From positions 64,001 through 128,000 of the forward strand of contig CAVVTZ010000007.1 in assembly GCA_963751275.1 (NCBI GenBank): a stretch of DNA of 64,000 nucleotides. Direction: 5' to 3'. The first letter of the stretch is position 1, and every line of letters starts with the position of its first letter. This stretch comes from an uncultured Gemmatimonadaceae bacterium (GTDB taxonomy: Bacteria > Gemmatimonadota > Gemmatimonadetes > Gemmatimonadales > Gemmatimonadaceae). The notes under the pieces are model-generated. The model ran no database searches. It saw only the letters and a program-made list of their open reading frames with translations, and had not been told where the DNA came from. A program made the translations under genes and the position numbers. Shown here piece by piece: positions 51,574-61,750 of this stretch.

Positions 51574-52343
51574 AGGCCCGTCGGCACGTCCAGGAAGGAC
51601 CACTCCAATCCGAAGTGCGCGGCCGCATGCTCCGTGATCGCGCGCACCCCGAGCACTTCGGTGGCGTAATGGCCCGCGTAGATCACCGCGATGCCGAGTT
51701 CTTCGGCGTCCACCGCACTGTGATGCGGACCCTCACCGACGATGAGCGTGTCGATCCCGCGCTCGGCCGCTTCGCGCAGCGTCTCCGTGCCTGCCCCGGC
51801 CCCGCTGCAGATCGCCCAATGATGCGTCATCCGGCCGTCACGCATTCCGGCGGTCCTGACCGTTGTCGCGTACTGCGCTGCGAACGCTGAGGCTCGCTGG
51901 ATGAGCTGCGCGGTCGGGAGCTCGGCGCGGCCGGCGACGCCGATGTCGATCGACTCGTAGCGCGCGAACTTCTCCGTCGGTTCCAGGCCCAGCGTGCGCG
52001 CCAGCAAGGCGTTGTTCCCGAACTTCGGATGTGCGTCGAGCGGCAGATGCGACGAGTACACGCCGATCCCTTCGCGCAAGAGCGCGCGCATGCGACGGAA
52101 GAGCGGCCCGCGCAGCGGCTGCACGCCGCCCCAGAACAGTCCGTGATGGACGATGAGCAGTTGCGCTCCGGCGGCGTGCGCCATCTCGATCGTTCGCTCG
52201 CGGGCATCGACCGCGGCGGCGAGCCGCCGGATGTCCGCGGTCGTCTCCACCTGGATCCCGTTCACCGCTCCGGAGGAATCCGGCGTCGTCGCCGTGCCGA
52301 GAATCGCGTCGAGATACGCGCCGATCTCACCGATGGCGGTCAT
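51570..52343 (-). CDS. Nif3/YbgI-like dinuclear metal-centre protein
   Basis: NGIQV, VHHGLFW, HLPLDAH, GNN, AGHYATE. Confidence 0.9.
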   Translation of the reverse strand: MTAIGEIGAYLDAILGTATTPDSSGAVNGIQVETTADIRRLAAAVDARERTIEMAHAAGAQLLIVHHGLFWGGVQPLRGPLFRRMRALLREGIGVYSSHLPLDAHPKFGNNALLARTLGLEPTEKFARYESIDIGVAGRAELPTAQLIQRASAFAAQYATTVRTAGMRDGRMTHHWAICSGAGAGTETLREAAERGIDTLIVGEGPHHSAVDAEELGIAVIYAGHYATEVLGVRAITEHAAAHFGLEWSFLDVPTGL

Positions 52344-52344
52344 C

Positions 52345-53394
52345 TCAGTGCGCCGCCGTCGTATCCACGAATTCGAGGTGCGGCGGCTTGATCCGGCCGC
52401 TGGCGATCCCGGCGCGCGCTGAGTCGAGCGCCGCACGCGCGGATGCCGAGATCGCACCGGCGAGCTTCGGATTCAGCACGAGTTCCACGACCTTCTCCTG
52501 CTCGCCGAGCCGGAGCACGCGCGCTTTGAACGTGCCATCCTTCACGCTCTGCGCAACGAGCAGGAACGCGTGCGGCAGATCGATCACCACGCTGCCGATG
52601 ATGACGTCCGGCGCGACGTCGTTCTGGTTCGCGTTGGCGCCGAACACATACACGCCCTTCGATTCACGCGCGGCCTGGAAGATCCCGAGCCCCGCGGCGT
52701 CCGCATTCTGGAAGATGACATCCACCCCGCGGTGGATCAGTGCGAGCGCCTGCTCCCTCGCGGTGCTCGCATCCTCCCAGCTGCCCACGTATGACGTCAG
52801 CACGGTGGTCGTGGGATCGATCGAGTGCACTCCCGCCTCGAACGCCAGGAAGCTGCTGCGCACCGGCGGCAACTCCGTGCCGCCAATCGCTCCGATGAAC
52901 TTGCTCCTGGTGAGCTTCGCTGCGAGGACGCCGGCGAGGTACGAAGGCTCTTCGAAGCCGAAGACGATCGGTGCGACGTTCGCGCGCACTCGATTCCCCG
53001 ACGTGGTGATGTATACCGTATGGGGGAAGTCCGGCCCCACCCGCGAGGCGGCATCCTGGAACTCGAACCCGTGGCCGAACACGAGGGAATATCCTTGCGC
53101 ACCATACTGACGGAAATTCTCCTCGAAATCGGCCGGCGACTTGGTTTGGATGTGACTGATCTGCGCGCCCAGACTATCGTGGATGCGCAGCAGTCCTTGA
53201 TATGCGCCGGCGTTCCACGCGTGATCCGAGATCGGTCCGGGTGTGAGAAGCGCGACGCGAAAATCGCCCTTTCCCGCCGTCTCCGGCCGCGCTTCGGACC
53301 GACATGCCAACACCGCGATGCACATCGCGATGTGCGTGGCTGTGGAGACCGCACCGAAAGCACTGCGCGCGCTGAGCATGGAGCTTCGCCTCAC
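52345..53394 (-). CDS. BMP family ABC substrate-binding lipoprotein
   Basis: VLAC lipobox; DHAWN, GHGFEF, SYLAG. Confidence 0.88.
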   Translation of the reverse strand: MRRSSMLSARSAFGAVSTATHIAMCIAVLACRSEARPETAGKGDFRVALLTPGPISDHAWNAGAYQGLLRIHDSLGAQISHIQTKSPADFEENFRQYGAQGYSLVFGHGFEFQDAASRVGPDFPHTVYITTSGNRVRANVAPIVFGFEEPSYLAGVLAAKLTRSKFIGAIGGTELPPVRSSFLAFEAGVHSIDPTTTVLTSYVGSWEDASTAREQALALIHRGVDVIFQNADAAGLGIFQAARESKGVYVFGANANQNDVAPDVIIGSVVIDLPHAFLLVAQSVKDGTFKARVLRLGEQEKVVELVLNPKLAGAISASARAALDSARAGIASGRIKPPHLEFVDTTAAH

Positions 53395-53424
53395 CGTTCG
53401 GTGGATGACTGTGGAGAATGTTGA

Positions 53425-53460
53425 AAGGCGGCCATCCTGCGCAAGCGGGACGGCCGCCTT
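53425..53460 (-). terminator. Terminator-like hairpin downstream of the bactofilin gene
   Basis: AAGGCGGCC...GGCCGCCTT stem. Confidence 0.6.
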
Positions 53461-53489
53461 ATTGGCGAGCCAGGTGCGGTGCGCGAAGC

Positions 53490-53927
53490 TCAGCGCACGA
53501 CGGCGACCGATGCGGGTGATCCCGTCGGGCTGATCGCGCCTTCGCGCGCATCCACGATGCGGACGTTGCCGTTGATCTTGCCGCCTTCCATCACGGCGAT
53601 CGTCTTCGTGGTGATATTGCCGATGATGGTCGAGGTGCTCTGCACTTCCAGGCGCTCCGATGCGGTGACGGCACCCTGCACCTTGCCGCCGATCACGGCT
53701 TCGCGAGTGCTCACATCGCCACGTACTTCTCCCTGGCGTCCGATGAGCACTTGGCGGCCGGCGCGCACGGCGCCTTCCACTCTTCCCTCGATGCGGATCA
53801 CGCCATCGGTGTCGATGTCCCCATCGATCGTGGTGCCGGCCGCGATGATCGAGAGGGAGGTGCCGGCGGAGAGCGGTGCGGAGCGACTGGCTTCCGGTGC
53901 GGCGGAGTCCTTACTGAAGATCGCCAT
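53490..53927 (-). CDS. Bactofilin (polymer-forming cytoskeletal protein)
   Basis: SIIAAGTTIDGDI...IRIEGRVEG beta-helix repeats. Confidence 0.9.
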   Translation of the reverse strand: MAIFSKDSAAPEASRSAPLSAGTSLSIIAAGTTIDGDIDTDGVIRIEGRVEGAVRAGRQVLIGRQGEVRGDVSTREAVIGGKVQGAVTASERLEVQSTSTIIGNITTKTIAVMEGGKINGNVRIVDAREGAISPTGSPASVAVVR

Positions 53928-54714
53928 GCGCTGGTCCCTTGGTCACGATCGCGGCGGGATTCACCTGGATTCCGTCGCGAATGATTTCGAAATGCAGGTG
54001 CGCCGGGAGCGCGCCTGAACTGTCACCGGAGATTGCGATGATCGCGCCCGCGGCGATCAGCTCGCCGTTGTGAACGCGCACTTGGAGCAGGTTCCCGTAC
54101 AGGCTCTCATATCCCTGCCGATGCCGTATTCGCACGACGCGCCCATACAGCGAGTCGTCACGTACTTCGACGACCGAACCCGCGCCCGCGGCACTGACCG
54201 GTGTGCCGCGCGGCACCGCGACCTCGATCCCCACCAGCTTGGCGGCCGAGGCAGGCTGGTCGATCAACTGGCCCGCGATCGGCAACGGCCATGCGTTCGG
54301 CAGCCCGGCACTGTCCGCCGCCGTCGCGGCGGAGGCCGTCCCCGATGCGCCCATCATCTTCTGCACCTGCTGGAACCGTCCTTCGGCTTCCGCGAGCGCG
54401 CGCTTGAGCGTATCGAGTTGCTGCGCATCGTGCTCGAGCGCAGCGAGCCGGCGCGAGAGCACCTGCACTTGCACGGCCTTCCCGGCGAAGTAGATCCAAC
54501 TCACAGTGCCGAGCACGACGAGCACGGCGGCGAGCACAGCGCCGAGCCGGAGCAATTTCACTTGGCGCACGCTCAGGATGATCATGCGGTTCGCCAGCCC
54601 GCTCTCCCGCTGCACGTGGATGATCATCGCGCCGGCGTGCGGTGTGTAGATGTTCCCGTAGCCGCGTTGTCCGGCTTCCTTGTCTTTGTCCTTCTCCCCT
54701 TCCTGCTCCGTCAT
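53911..54714 (-). CDS. Membrane-anchored coiled-coil M23 peptidase-like protein with a degenerate HxxxD motif
   Basis: TM segment plus coiled coil, then WP..G, GIEV, YG..V.I.H, AHLHFE. Confidence 0.8.
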   Translation of the reverse strand: MTEQEGEKDKDKEAGQRGYGNIYTPHAGAMIIHVQRESGLANRMIILSVRQVKLLRLGAVLAAVLVVLGTVSWIYFAGKAVQVQVLSRRLAALEHDAQQLDTLKRALAEAEGRFQQVQKMMGASGTASAATAADSAGLPNAWPLPIAGQLIDQPASAAKLVGIEVAVPRGTPVSAAGAGSVVEVRDDSLYGRVVRIRHRQGYESLYGNLLQVRVHNGELIAAGAIIAISGDSSGALPAHLHFEIIRDGIQVNPAAIVTKGPAHGDLQ

Positions 54715-55622
54715 AGCGAAATGCGCCTCGCGCCCAGGATCAGATCGATGAGGCGCTCGAGATCCTCCATCGAGTAGTACGAGATCTCGATCTTCCCCCG
54801 CCCCGACGCACTCTCGCTCACGGTGACGTCGGTCTGGAAGAAGCGCCGCAATTCCTCCTGCGTCTGACGGATGGCGATGTCGCCCCGCTGCGCGCTCTTC
54901 GGCGCGCTCTTCTTCTTGGCGCGCTCACGCGGTGCGGCACCGTCGCGCGCGCGCCGCTCGACATCTCGAACGGACAATCCCTGCGCCACAATCTCGAGGG
55001 CGAGCGCGATGATCCGCTTCTCGTCATCGAGGGTCAACAGCGCACGCGCATGTCCTAGCGTCAGCTGCCGGGCGTGAACCATCTTGCGAACCGAATCAGG
55101 TAACTGCAACAAGCGCAATATGTTAGCTACTGTTGACCGATCCTTTCCTGTCACCTCGGCCACTTCTGCCTGCGTGAGTGAAAAGTCCCGCATCAAATGG
55201 CGATACCCTTCGGCTTCTTCGATCGGATTGAGATCGGCGCGCTGGAGATTCTCCACGAGCGCAAGCGTGAGCAGCGCGCGGTCATCGATCTCTTTGACCA
55301 CAGCGGGGATCTCAGGCCAACCTAGTCCGGCCGCGGCACGCAGACGCCGCTCGCCGGCGATCAGTTCGAATCCATCTCCGGAAGGCGCGGGCCGTACGGC
55401 GATCGGATTGAGCAGACCATTCTCGCGGAGACTTGCTTGCAATTCCGCGAGCTCCTGCGCATCGAATTCCTTTCGAGGCTGATACGGATTCGGTCGAATA
55501 CGCGTGATCGGGATACTCCGCAGCGCGTTTCGATCTTCTGCGATGATTTCCGTGGCGGTCGAATGACCCGAGAGCAGAGCTTCGAGCCCACGACCTAACC
55601 GACGCGGCTTTTCAGGAGGCAC
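54711..55622 (-). CDS. parB: Chromosome partitioning protein ParB
   Basis: LGRGL, PNPYQPR, IAGERR, ENLQR. Confidence 0.96.
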   Translation of the reverse strand: MPPEKPRRLGRGLEALLSGHSTATEIIAEDRNALRSIPITRIRPNPYQPRKEFDAQELAELQASLRENGLLNPIAVRPAPSGDGFELIAGERRLRAAAGLGWPEIPAVVKEIDDRALLTLALVENLQRADLNPIEEAEGYRHLMRDFSLTQAEVAEVTGKDRSTVANILRLLQLPDSVRKMVHARQLTLGHARALLTLDDEKRIIALALEIVAQGLSVRDVERRARDGAAPRERAKKKSAPKSAQRGDIAIRQTQEELRRFFQTDVTVSESASGRGKIEISYYSMEDLERLIDLILGARRISL

Positions 55623-55679
55623 GAGCAGGGCCCTCGGTGATGGTGAGCCGGCGGACCTCGAGTGACCGGACGCGGCGCG

Positions 55680-56513
55680 TCAAGCCCGAGACTCGGTGGC
55701 GACAGCAGGCGCGTGCGCGCGCTCGACGGGCGCCTCAGACTGCGGTTGCGAATGACGACGGAGCAATTCGCGTGCGATCCCCATGTATGCCTGAGCGCCG
55801 ACGGATGTGACGTCGTACAGGATGATCGGTTTGCCGAAACTCGGCGCTTCGGCTAGACGCACGTTCCGCGGGACCATCGTCTCGAAGACCTTCGCGCCGA
55901 AATATTCGCGCGCATCGGCAGCGACCTGGCGCGAGAGATTCAACCGCGCGTCGTACATCGTCAGCACGACGCCATCGATGTTCAGCGTCGGATTCACGCT
56001 CCGTTGCATCATGTGCACCGTGTTCAAGAGCTGCGACAGCCCCTCGAGCGCATAGTACTCGCACTGGAGCGGTATGAGGATCGCATCCGCCGCCGCAAGC
56101 ATGTTCACCGTGATGAGGCCGAGTGAAGGCGGGCAATCGATGAGTACATAGTCGTAGCGATCGAGGATCGGTGCGATTGCTTCGCGCATCGCGAGCTCGC
56201 GTCGTGGCCGATCGACCAACTCGATCTCCGCCCCCGCCAGGTCAGGGGTAGCCGGAGCGACATCGAGGTGTGCGAATTGGATCGAGCGCAGGATGATCTT
56301 CTCGAGCGGTACTTGGCCGATCAGCGCATCGTAGACCGTGAGTTTGACCTTCTCTCCCTCGAGCCCAATGCCGCTGGTCGCGTTGCCTTGCGGGTCACCG
56401 TCGATGAGCAGTGTGCGCTGCTCCGCCGCCGCGAGACTCGCCGCGAGATTGACCGCAGTCGTCGTCTTGCCAACTCCGCCCTTTTGATTCGCGATCGCGA
56501 TAACCCTGGCCAC
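55680..56513 (-). CDS. parA: Chromosome partitioning ATPase ParA/Soj
   Basis: NQKGGVGKTT, DPQGN, DCPPSLG, RNVRLAEAPS. Confidence 0.96.
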   Translation of the reverse strand: MARVIAIANQKGGVGKTTTAVNLAASLAAAEQRTLLIDGDPQGNATSGIGLEGEKVKLTVYDALIGQVPLEKIILRSIQFAHLDVAPATPDLAGAEIELVDRPRRELAMREAIAPILDRYDYVLIDCPPSLGLITVNMLAAADAILIPLQCEYYALEGLSQLLNTVHMMQRSVNPTLNIDGVVLTMYDARLNLSRQVAADAREYFGAKVFETMVPRNVRLAEAPSFGKPIILYDVTSVGAQAYMGIARELLRRHSQPQSEAPVERAHAPAVATESRA

Positions 56514-56633
56514 GATGCTCCGGATAGATGGGTGCCGGTCCCGGCCGGCGAAGGGCGGAATATAGGCGCGCGTTCGTCAGGTAGCTAGAAATTCAAGAAA
56601 GCCCGCATCGAATGCGCACACGACTGGGCCGAA

Positions 56634-56649
56634 TGTTCCACGTGGAACA
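56634..56649. other. parS centromere-like site
   Basis: Perfect palindrome TGTTCCACGTGGAACA just upstream of parA. Confidence 0.92.
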
Positions 56650-56878
56650 CACATCGAATTCACAGACTTTTCTACTTCATCGCAAACAATGGCATAAATA
56701 TACTAGTTTTAGCGACAATATAACGACACTAATAGGCCAATATCACCATATTATCACGATTACTGCCTGTTGATATCGCAGCTTCGCGCGAACTTAACCA
56801 CAATGCTCAAGCCCGCGCTGGAATTCTCCCCCGGAGTACGATCGAAAGCTCATTTCCATATTTAATAGCGATATGATA

Positions 56879-58819
56879 CTAAATGCGTGCGTCCCGGTCC
56901 CCCCGGTCGCGCGTCACCTCCAACGCCAAGTTCTGCAGATCACTCGCGCTCACCCCCGAGATCCGCCCCGCTTGCGCCAGCGTGCGCGGCCGAACCAACG
57001 CCAACTTCTGTCGCGCTTCCACTGCCAACGAGCGCATTTCCCCATAGGGCAGATCGGGCGCAAGCGCGAGATCGCCCAAGCGCCGCATGCGATCCGCGAG
57101 CACGCGTTCCCGCTCGAAGAACCCGGCGTACTTCAACTCGAGTTCCACGCCGGCCACCGCATCGCTGGAGAAACCACCCTCGACTCCCGCAGCGCGGAAC
57201 AGCGCGGCGAGCGAGATGTGCTGTCGCCGCGCCACATCGCGGATCCGCATCGCATGCGGCAGCGCGGTGCTGCCCAGCGCCTCCAACAACGGCGCGGCCT
57301 GCTCGGGCGTGATGCTCCCGCGCGCCGCTGCCGCGCGCACATCCTCCGCCTCCGCGAGACGCCGCGCAACCAACGCCTCCTCACCTTCCCGGTAAACGCC
57401 CAGCGCGCGAGCGAATGGCGCCAGCCGCGCCAGCGCGTTGTCCTGGCGCACGGTGAGCCGGAACTCGGAGCGCGAAGTGAACAGCCGATACGGCTCATCG
57501 ACGCCGCGCATGACGAGATCATCCACCAGCACGCCGATGTATGACGTCTCCCGCCCAAGGATCAACGGCGCTCGGCCCTGCACCATCAGCGCGGCATTCA
57601 GGCCGGCCACCACGCCCTGCCCCGCCGCTTCCTCGTACCCGGTCGTGCCGTTGATCTGCCCGGCGAAATACAGTCCGCCGATCGCCTTCACCGCGAGCGT
57701 CGCGTCGAGCTGCGTGGGATCGCAGTAGTCGTACTCGATCGCGTAACCCGCGCGCGTCATGCGCGCGTTCTCCAGCCCCGGCACCGCGTGCAGCATCTCC
57801 ACCTGCACCTCCGCGGGCAGCGACGTCGAGAGTCCGTTCACGTACAGCTCGCTCGTGTCGCGCCCCTCGGGCTCCAGGAACAATTGGTGGCGCGACACGT
57901 CCGGGAACTTCACCACCTTATCCTCGACGCTCGGACAGTAGCGCGGACCGCGCCCGGCAATGGCGCCGCCGTACATCGCGGACCTGTGGAGGTTCTCCGA
58001 GATGATGCGCTTCACCTCCGCACCCGCGAACGCGATCCAGCATGGCATCTGCTCCGGGTGCCGCGTCCGCCCTTCCGTGCGGCGCGCATCGGGCCAGAAA
58101 TGCGACCAGGAGAAATCGAATTCCTCGATCTCGCTCGGCTGCAGCGGCAGCTTCGCGAGATCCACCGAACGCCCGTCGACCCGCGGCGGCGTGCCGGTCT
58201 TGAATCGGGCATGCACGATGCCGATGTCGTCGAGCTGCTGCGCCAGATGCGTGGACGGCGCGTCGCCCGCGCGTCCGCCGGGCACCTGGGTATCGGTCCC
58301 GATGTGGATCCGGCCGCGCAGGAAGGTGCCGGTGGTGAGGATCACCGCGCGGGCTCCGAAGCGCCGACCTTCGAGCGTCTCGATCCCCACCACGCGCTGG
58401 CCCGGCGCATCGATCAGCATGCGCGCGACCGTGCCCTGCACGGTGACGACGTTCGCGTGCTCCTCGAGCAGCGAACGCACCGCGCGCCGATACAGGCCAC
58501 GATCGCATTGCGCCCGCGGCGCCCACACCGCTGGCCCCTTGCTGCGATTGAGCATCCGGAACTGCACCGAAGCAAGATCGGTGGCGCGCGCCATCAATCC
58601 GCCAAGCGCGTCCACTTCGCGCGCCACGGTCCCCTTGGCGATCCCGCCGATCGCGGGGTTGCAAGACATCTGACCAATGGTTTCGAGCGCCGCGGTCACG
58701 AGCACGACCCGGGCGCCGAGGCGCGCGGCGGCCGCCGCGGCCTCCGTGCCGGCGTGGCCGCCGCCAACGACGATCACATCGGCGTCGAATTCATTGTCGC
58801 GGGGCAGGGGCGTGGACAT
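56879..58819 (-). CDS. mnmG: tRNA uridine-5-carboxymethylaminomethyl synthesis enzyme MnmG (GidA)
   Basis: [35 protein letters not shown]. Confidence 0.97.
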   Translation of the reverse strand: MSTPLPRDNEFDADVIVVGGGHAGTEAAAAAARLGARVVLVTAALETIGQMSCNPAIGGIAKGTVAREVDALGGLMARATDLASVQFRMLNRSKGPAVWAPRAQCDRGLYRRAVRSLLEEHANVVTVQGTVARMLIDAPGQRVVGIETLEGRRFGARAVILTTGTFLRGRIHIGTDTQVPGGRAGDAPSTHLAQQLDDIGIVHARFKTGTPPRVDGRSVDLAKLPLQPSEIEEFDFSWSHFWPDARRTEGRTRHPEQMPCWIAFAGAEVKRIISENLHRSAMYGGAIAGRGPRYCPSVEDKVVKFPDVSRHQLFLEPEGRDTSELYVNGLSTSLPAEVQVEMLHAVPGLENARMTRAGYAIEYDYCDPTQLDATLAVKAIGGLYFAGQINGTTGYEEAAGQGVVAGLNAALMVQGRAPLILGRETSYIGVLVDDLVMRGVDEPYRLFTSRSEFRLTVRQDNALARLAPFARALGVYREGEEALVARRLAEAEDVRAAAARGSITPEQAAPLLEALGSTALPHAMRIRDVARRQHISLAALFRAAGVEGGFSSDAVAGVELELKYAGFFERERVLADRMRRLGDLALAPDLPYGEMRSLAVEARQKLALVRPRTLAQAGRISGVSASDLQNLALEVTRDRGDRDARI

Positions 58820-58900
58820 CCTCGAAAGGTGTCGCGTCCGCGCCCGTTCGCGAAAGGGCGGCGGGTGGACAATCGCGGGCACGCGGCCCACACTAGAGTC

Positions 58901-59185
58901 ATGGCACTCGAAATCCACCGCAATGCGCCGACCATGATGATCCGCCGCGAGGCGTGGGAACGCTCGGGCCTCACCCGGGCCGCGATCGATCAGCTCTTCA
59001 ACCTGACGCCCGAGGAGTTCCGCGTCGAAGGTGGGATGATCGCGATCGGTCCGATCTTCGACGACGCGCACGTCGAACTGCTCATCACCGCATTCGAGCG
59101 GGCTGGACTCATCTATTTCGAAGAGTTCTTCGAACTGTCCGGCAACTGGCCGGAGTGGCTGACAGTGTTCGCTCAAGGGCGCTGA
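58901..59185 (+). CDS. Small hypothetical protein
   Basis: [11 protein letters not shown]...[12 protein letters not shown]; coding-like composition. Confidence 0.65.
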   Translation: MALEIHRNAPTMMIRREAWERSGLTRAAIDQLFNLTPEEFRVEGGMIAIGPIFDDAHVELLITAFERAGLIYFEEFFELSGNWPEWLTVFAQGR

Positions 59186-59187
59186 CC

Positions 59188-59218
59188 GCGCGCCGGAAGC
59201 GCGCCGGAAGCGCGCCGG
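59188..59218. repeat. 11-bp tandem repeat, about 2.8 copies
   Basis: (GCGCGCCGGAA)2 followed by GCGCGCCGG, between convergent stops. Confidence 0.8.
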
Positions 59219-59752
59219 TCAGGTCGGCAGTTCGAGCTGTTGCGCGATGGTGGTCCAGCGTTCCACGTGCGCGATGCCGTCCTCGATCCGCTCGATCACG
59301 ACCTCTTCGCCGGCGCCGATCACGCTGCCATCGAGACTGCGCGCCTCGGCGCGACGCGCGACCAATGCCTCCACGAATTCGATCTCGCCACCCGCGTGGC
59401 TGCCTACCGGTTTGACGACACGCGCGAAGTGTCCCTGCAGCTCGTAGCGCGGATCCTTCACCTCGCGCGACGCGCTCGGCACGGCCCATCCGGCGATGAC
59501 GGCCACCATGCCGGCCGCGGCCGCGCCCGCGCTCGCCGCGGCGATCGCGAGGATCGCCGCCGGATTGAGCCCGGTGTAGCGCACGAGCGGATAGCCGACC
59601 ACGCCGAACACCGTCGCGAACGCCGCGAAGGTGGGCAGATTCAGGTACCGGACGCGCAGGCTGTATCGCTCACGCTGGTCAATGCCACCGACCATGCTCA
59701 CCACACCGGCGATGAGACCGGCGAGCAGGAACCCGAGCGTCACATAGAGCAT
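59219..59752 (-). CDS. NfeD-like membrane protein with a C-terminal OB domain
   Basis: Three TM segments, then G..ARV...GEI...ARS...G.EVVI.RIEDGIAHV. Confidence 0.7.
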   Translation of the reverse strand: MLYVTLGFLLAGLIAGVVSMVGGIDQRERYSLRVRYLNLPTFAAFATVFGVVGYPLVRYTGLNPAAILAIAAASAGAAAAGMVAVIAGWAVPSASREVKDPRYELQGHFARVVKPVGSHAGGEIEFVEALVARRAEARSLDGSVIGAGEEVVIERIEDGIAHVERWTTIAQQLELPT

Positions 59753-59753
59753 C

Positions 59754-60656
59754 CTACTTCAGGACGGGGAGCTCGAGGTACTTCCGGAACCAGGCAATCG
59801 TGGCGGGCCACGCGGCCTGTGACGCGGCCATGTTGGCGCCGTTCATCCCCATCTGATCGCGCAGGAATCCGTGTCCCGCGCCGGCGAAGATGGTCGGCTG
59901 ATAGGTGCGCCCGAGCTTCTTGAGCGTGCTGTCGGTGGCCGGGACCATGGACGAGATCCGGTTGTCCATCCCGCCGTAGAGGCCAAGGACCGGCGCGTGC
60001 ACTTTCGTGATCCACGAAGTGTCGGGCGACACACCGTAATACACGACAGAAGCCAGCACACCCGGCTGAGCGGCCGCACCCAGGAAGGAGACGCCGCCTC
60101 CCCAGCAGAAGCCGACAATGCCGTAGCGGGGGAGCGCCGACGGCAGATGCATCGCGTAATTCGCGGTCGCGACCAATGCGCGCTGGATGTCATCGGGCTT
60201 GAGCATCGCGATGAGTTTGCGCGCGGAGTCGACGGTGACGCTGTCCGGCCCGCCGGGGATCCGCTTGCCGGTGAGCATATCCGGAGCAATGGCGATGAAT
60301 CCCTGCGCCGCGAACTGATCGGCCACGCCACGCACCCACGTGGACATGCCGAAGATCTCGTGGACGACGACGACTACCGGCGCCTTCGTGCTGCGCTGCG
60401 GATAGAACACCCAGGCGCCGATCGAGTCGGTGCCTCCGGTGGAGATCATGACGTATTCGCGATGGCGCGGCGACGCGGCGAGGCGCGCCGCGGCACCGGC
60501 GGCATCGGCAGGGAGCATCGTGTCCATGGGAGCCGCGGCGGACGATGCCATCATGACATGATCGTGGTGCGTGTCGGCGGGCGTCGCGCCGCTCTGTGCG
60601 GCGGCGCCGGTCGCGAAGCTCAAGAGTGCAGCACTGAGGGTCCGGATCCTGGACAT
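59754..60656 (-). CDS. Secreted dienelactone hydrolase family protein
   Basis: HEIFG, GFCWGG, AGHGF; signal peptide. Confidence 0.9.
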   Translation of the reverse strand: MSRIRTLSAALLSFATGAAAQSGATPADTHHDHVMMASSAAAPMDTMLPADAAGAAARLAASPRHREYVMISTGGTDSIGAWVFYPQRSTKAPVVVVVHEIFGMSTWVRGVADQFAAQGFIAIAPDMLTGKRIPGGPDSVTVDSARKLIAMLKPDDIQRALVATANYAMHLPSALPRYGIVGFCWGGGVSFLGAAAQPGVLASVVYYGVSPDTSWITKVHAPVLGLYGGMDNRISSMVPATDSTLKKLGRTYQPTIFAGAGHGFLRDQMGMNGANMAASQAAWPATIAWFRKYLELPVLK

Positions 60657-60696
60657 GGCACGACTCCTTTCGAAGTGATTCGCGGATCGGAGCAAC

Positions 60697-61715
60697 CTAC
60701 CGTACGGGACCGGCTCCATCAACGCGGCGTGCGAGCTGCGCCTCGAGAAAATCGAGCGCGCGATGCTCGCCGTAGTAGCGGGGATTCCACGGGACACCGC
60801 CGGTGACGAACCCCACGTGCCCCCCGTGCGCCGGAAATTCGGTGTGGAGGGCCGGATTGTCGAGGGCGATGAGGCGCGCGGCATCGAGCACGTCCGGCGG
60901 CAGGAACGGATCATCGACCGCATTCAACAACAAGGTCGGCACACGGATCGCGTGCAGGAACTTGATCGAGCTCGACCGTGCATAATAGTCCGCGGCATCG
61001 CGGAACCCGTGTACCGGCGCGGTCATGGCATCGTCGAATTCCCACAACGTGCGTGCCGCTTCGATCGCGGCGAGCCGCACCTGTCCGGGGAACCGCGCAC
61101 TCTTCTCGCGCGCCTTCTTGCGGAGCGTGCGCAGGAAGTGGGCGCCATACACGCGGGAGAATCCCTGTTCCATGTACCGGCTGCCACGTGCCAGGTCGAG
61201 CGGTGTCGAGATGGCGGCAGCGCCGGCGAGCGATGGCGGCGTATTCACACCGCGCTCGCCGAGCCACTTGAGCAGGACGTTGCCGCCGAGTGAGACACCG
61301 GCAAGGACCAGGGGTCGCTCGGGCTCCGCGGCGGTGAGCCGGGTCACCACGAGATCGAGATCCCCGGTCTCGCCGGAGTGGTACGAACGGAGCAGACGGT
61401 TCGGTTCGTCGCCGCACGTGCGAAAGATGATGAGGTCCGCCGCCCACCCGCGGCAATGCGCGTCCGCGAAGAAGGCGCGCGCGTAGTGCGACCGCACCGT
61501 ACCCTCCAGGCCGTGCAGCAGGATGAGTCGCGGACGGCCGGGCGCCGCGTCGAGCCGGCACAGATCGAGGAAGTCGCCATCGGGCAGTTCCCACCGCTCC
61601 ATCCGCGCCGGGGGCACAGTGACCCGACGGAAGAATTTCCCCCAATGGTCTGGGCGTGGGGATTCCGCAGCCAGACGGGTGCGTGGAACGGCTCCGTCAC
61701 GCGGAACTCCGCCAC
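60697..61715 (-). CDS. YheT-like alpha/beta hydrolase with a 1-nt frameshift near 61646
   Basis: N-terminal WLRNPHAQT is in one frame; WGKFFRR...LHGLEG, GVSLGGN, DDPF and GGHVGF are in another. Confidence 0.85.
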
Positions 61716-61750
61716 TTTCCCGCACGCTGCCGGCGCGATACCGTCATCGG

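Noticed and set aside
53400..53418. Two DnaA-box-like 9-mers (GGTGGATGA, TGTGGAGAA) upstream of the BMP gene
   Set aside because: Both are mismatched and too few to call a datA/DARS-type site.
59188..59218. Tandem 11-mer as a CRISPR array or iteron
   Set aside because: No spacers, under three copies, and no cas or rep genes.
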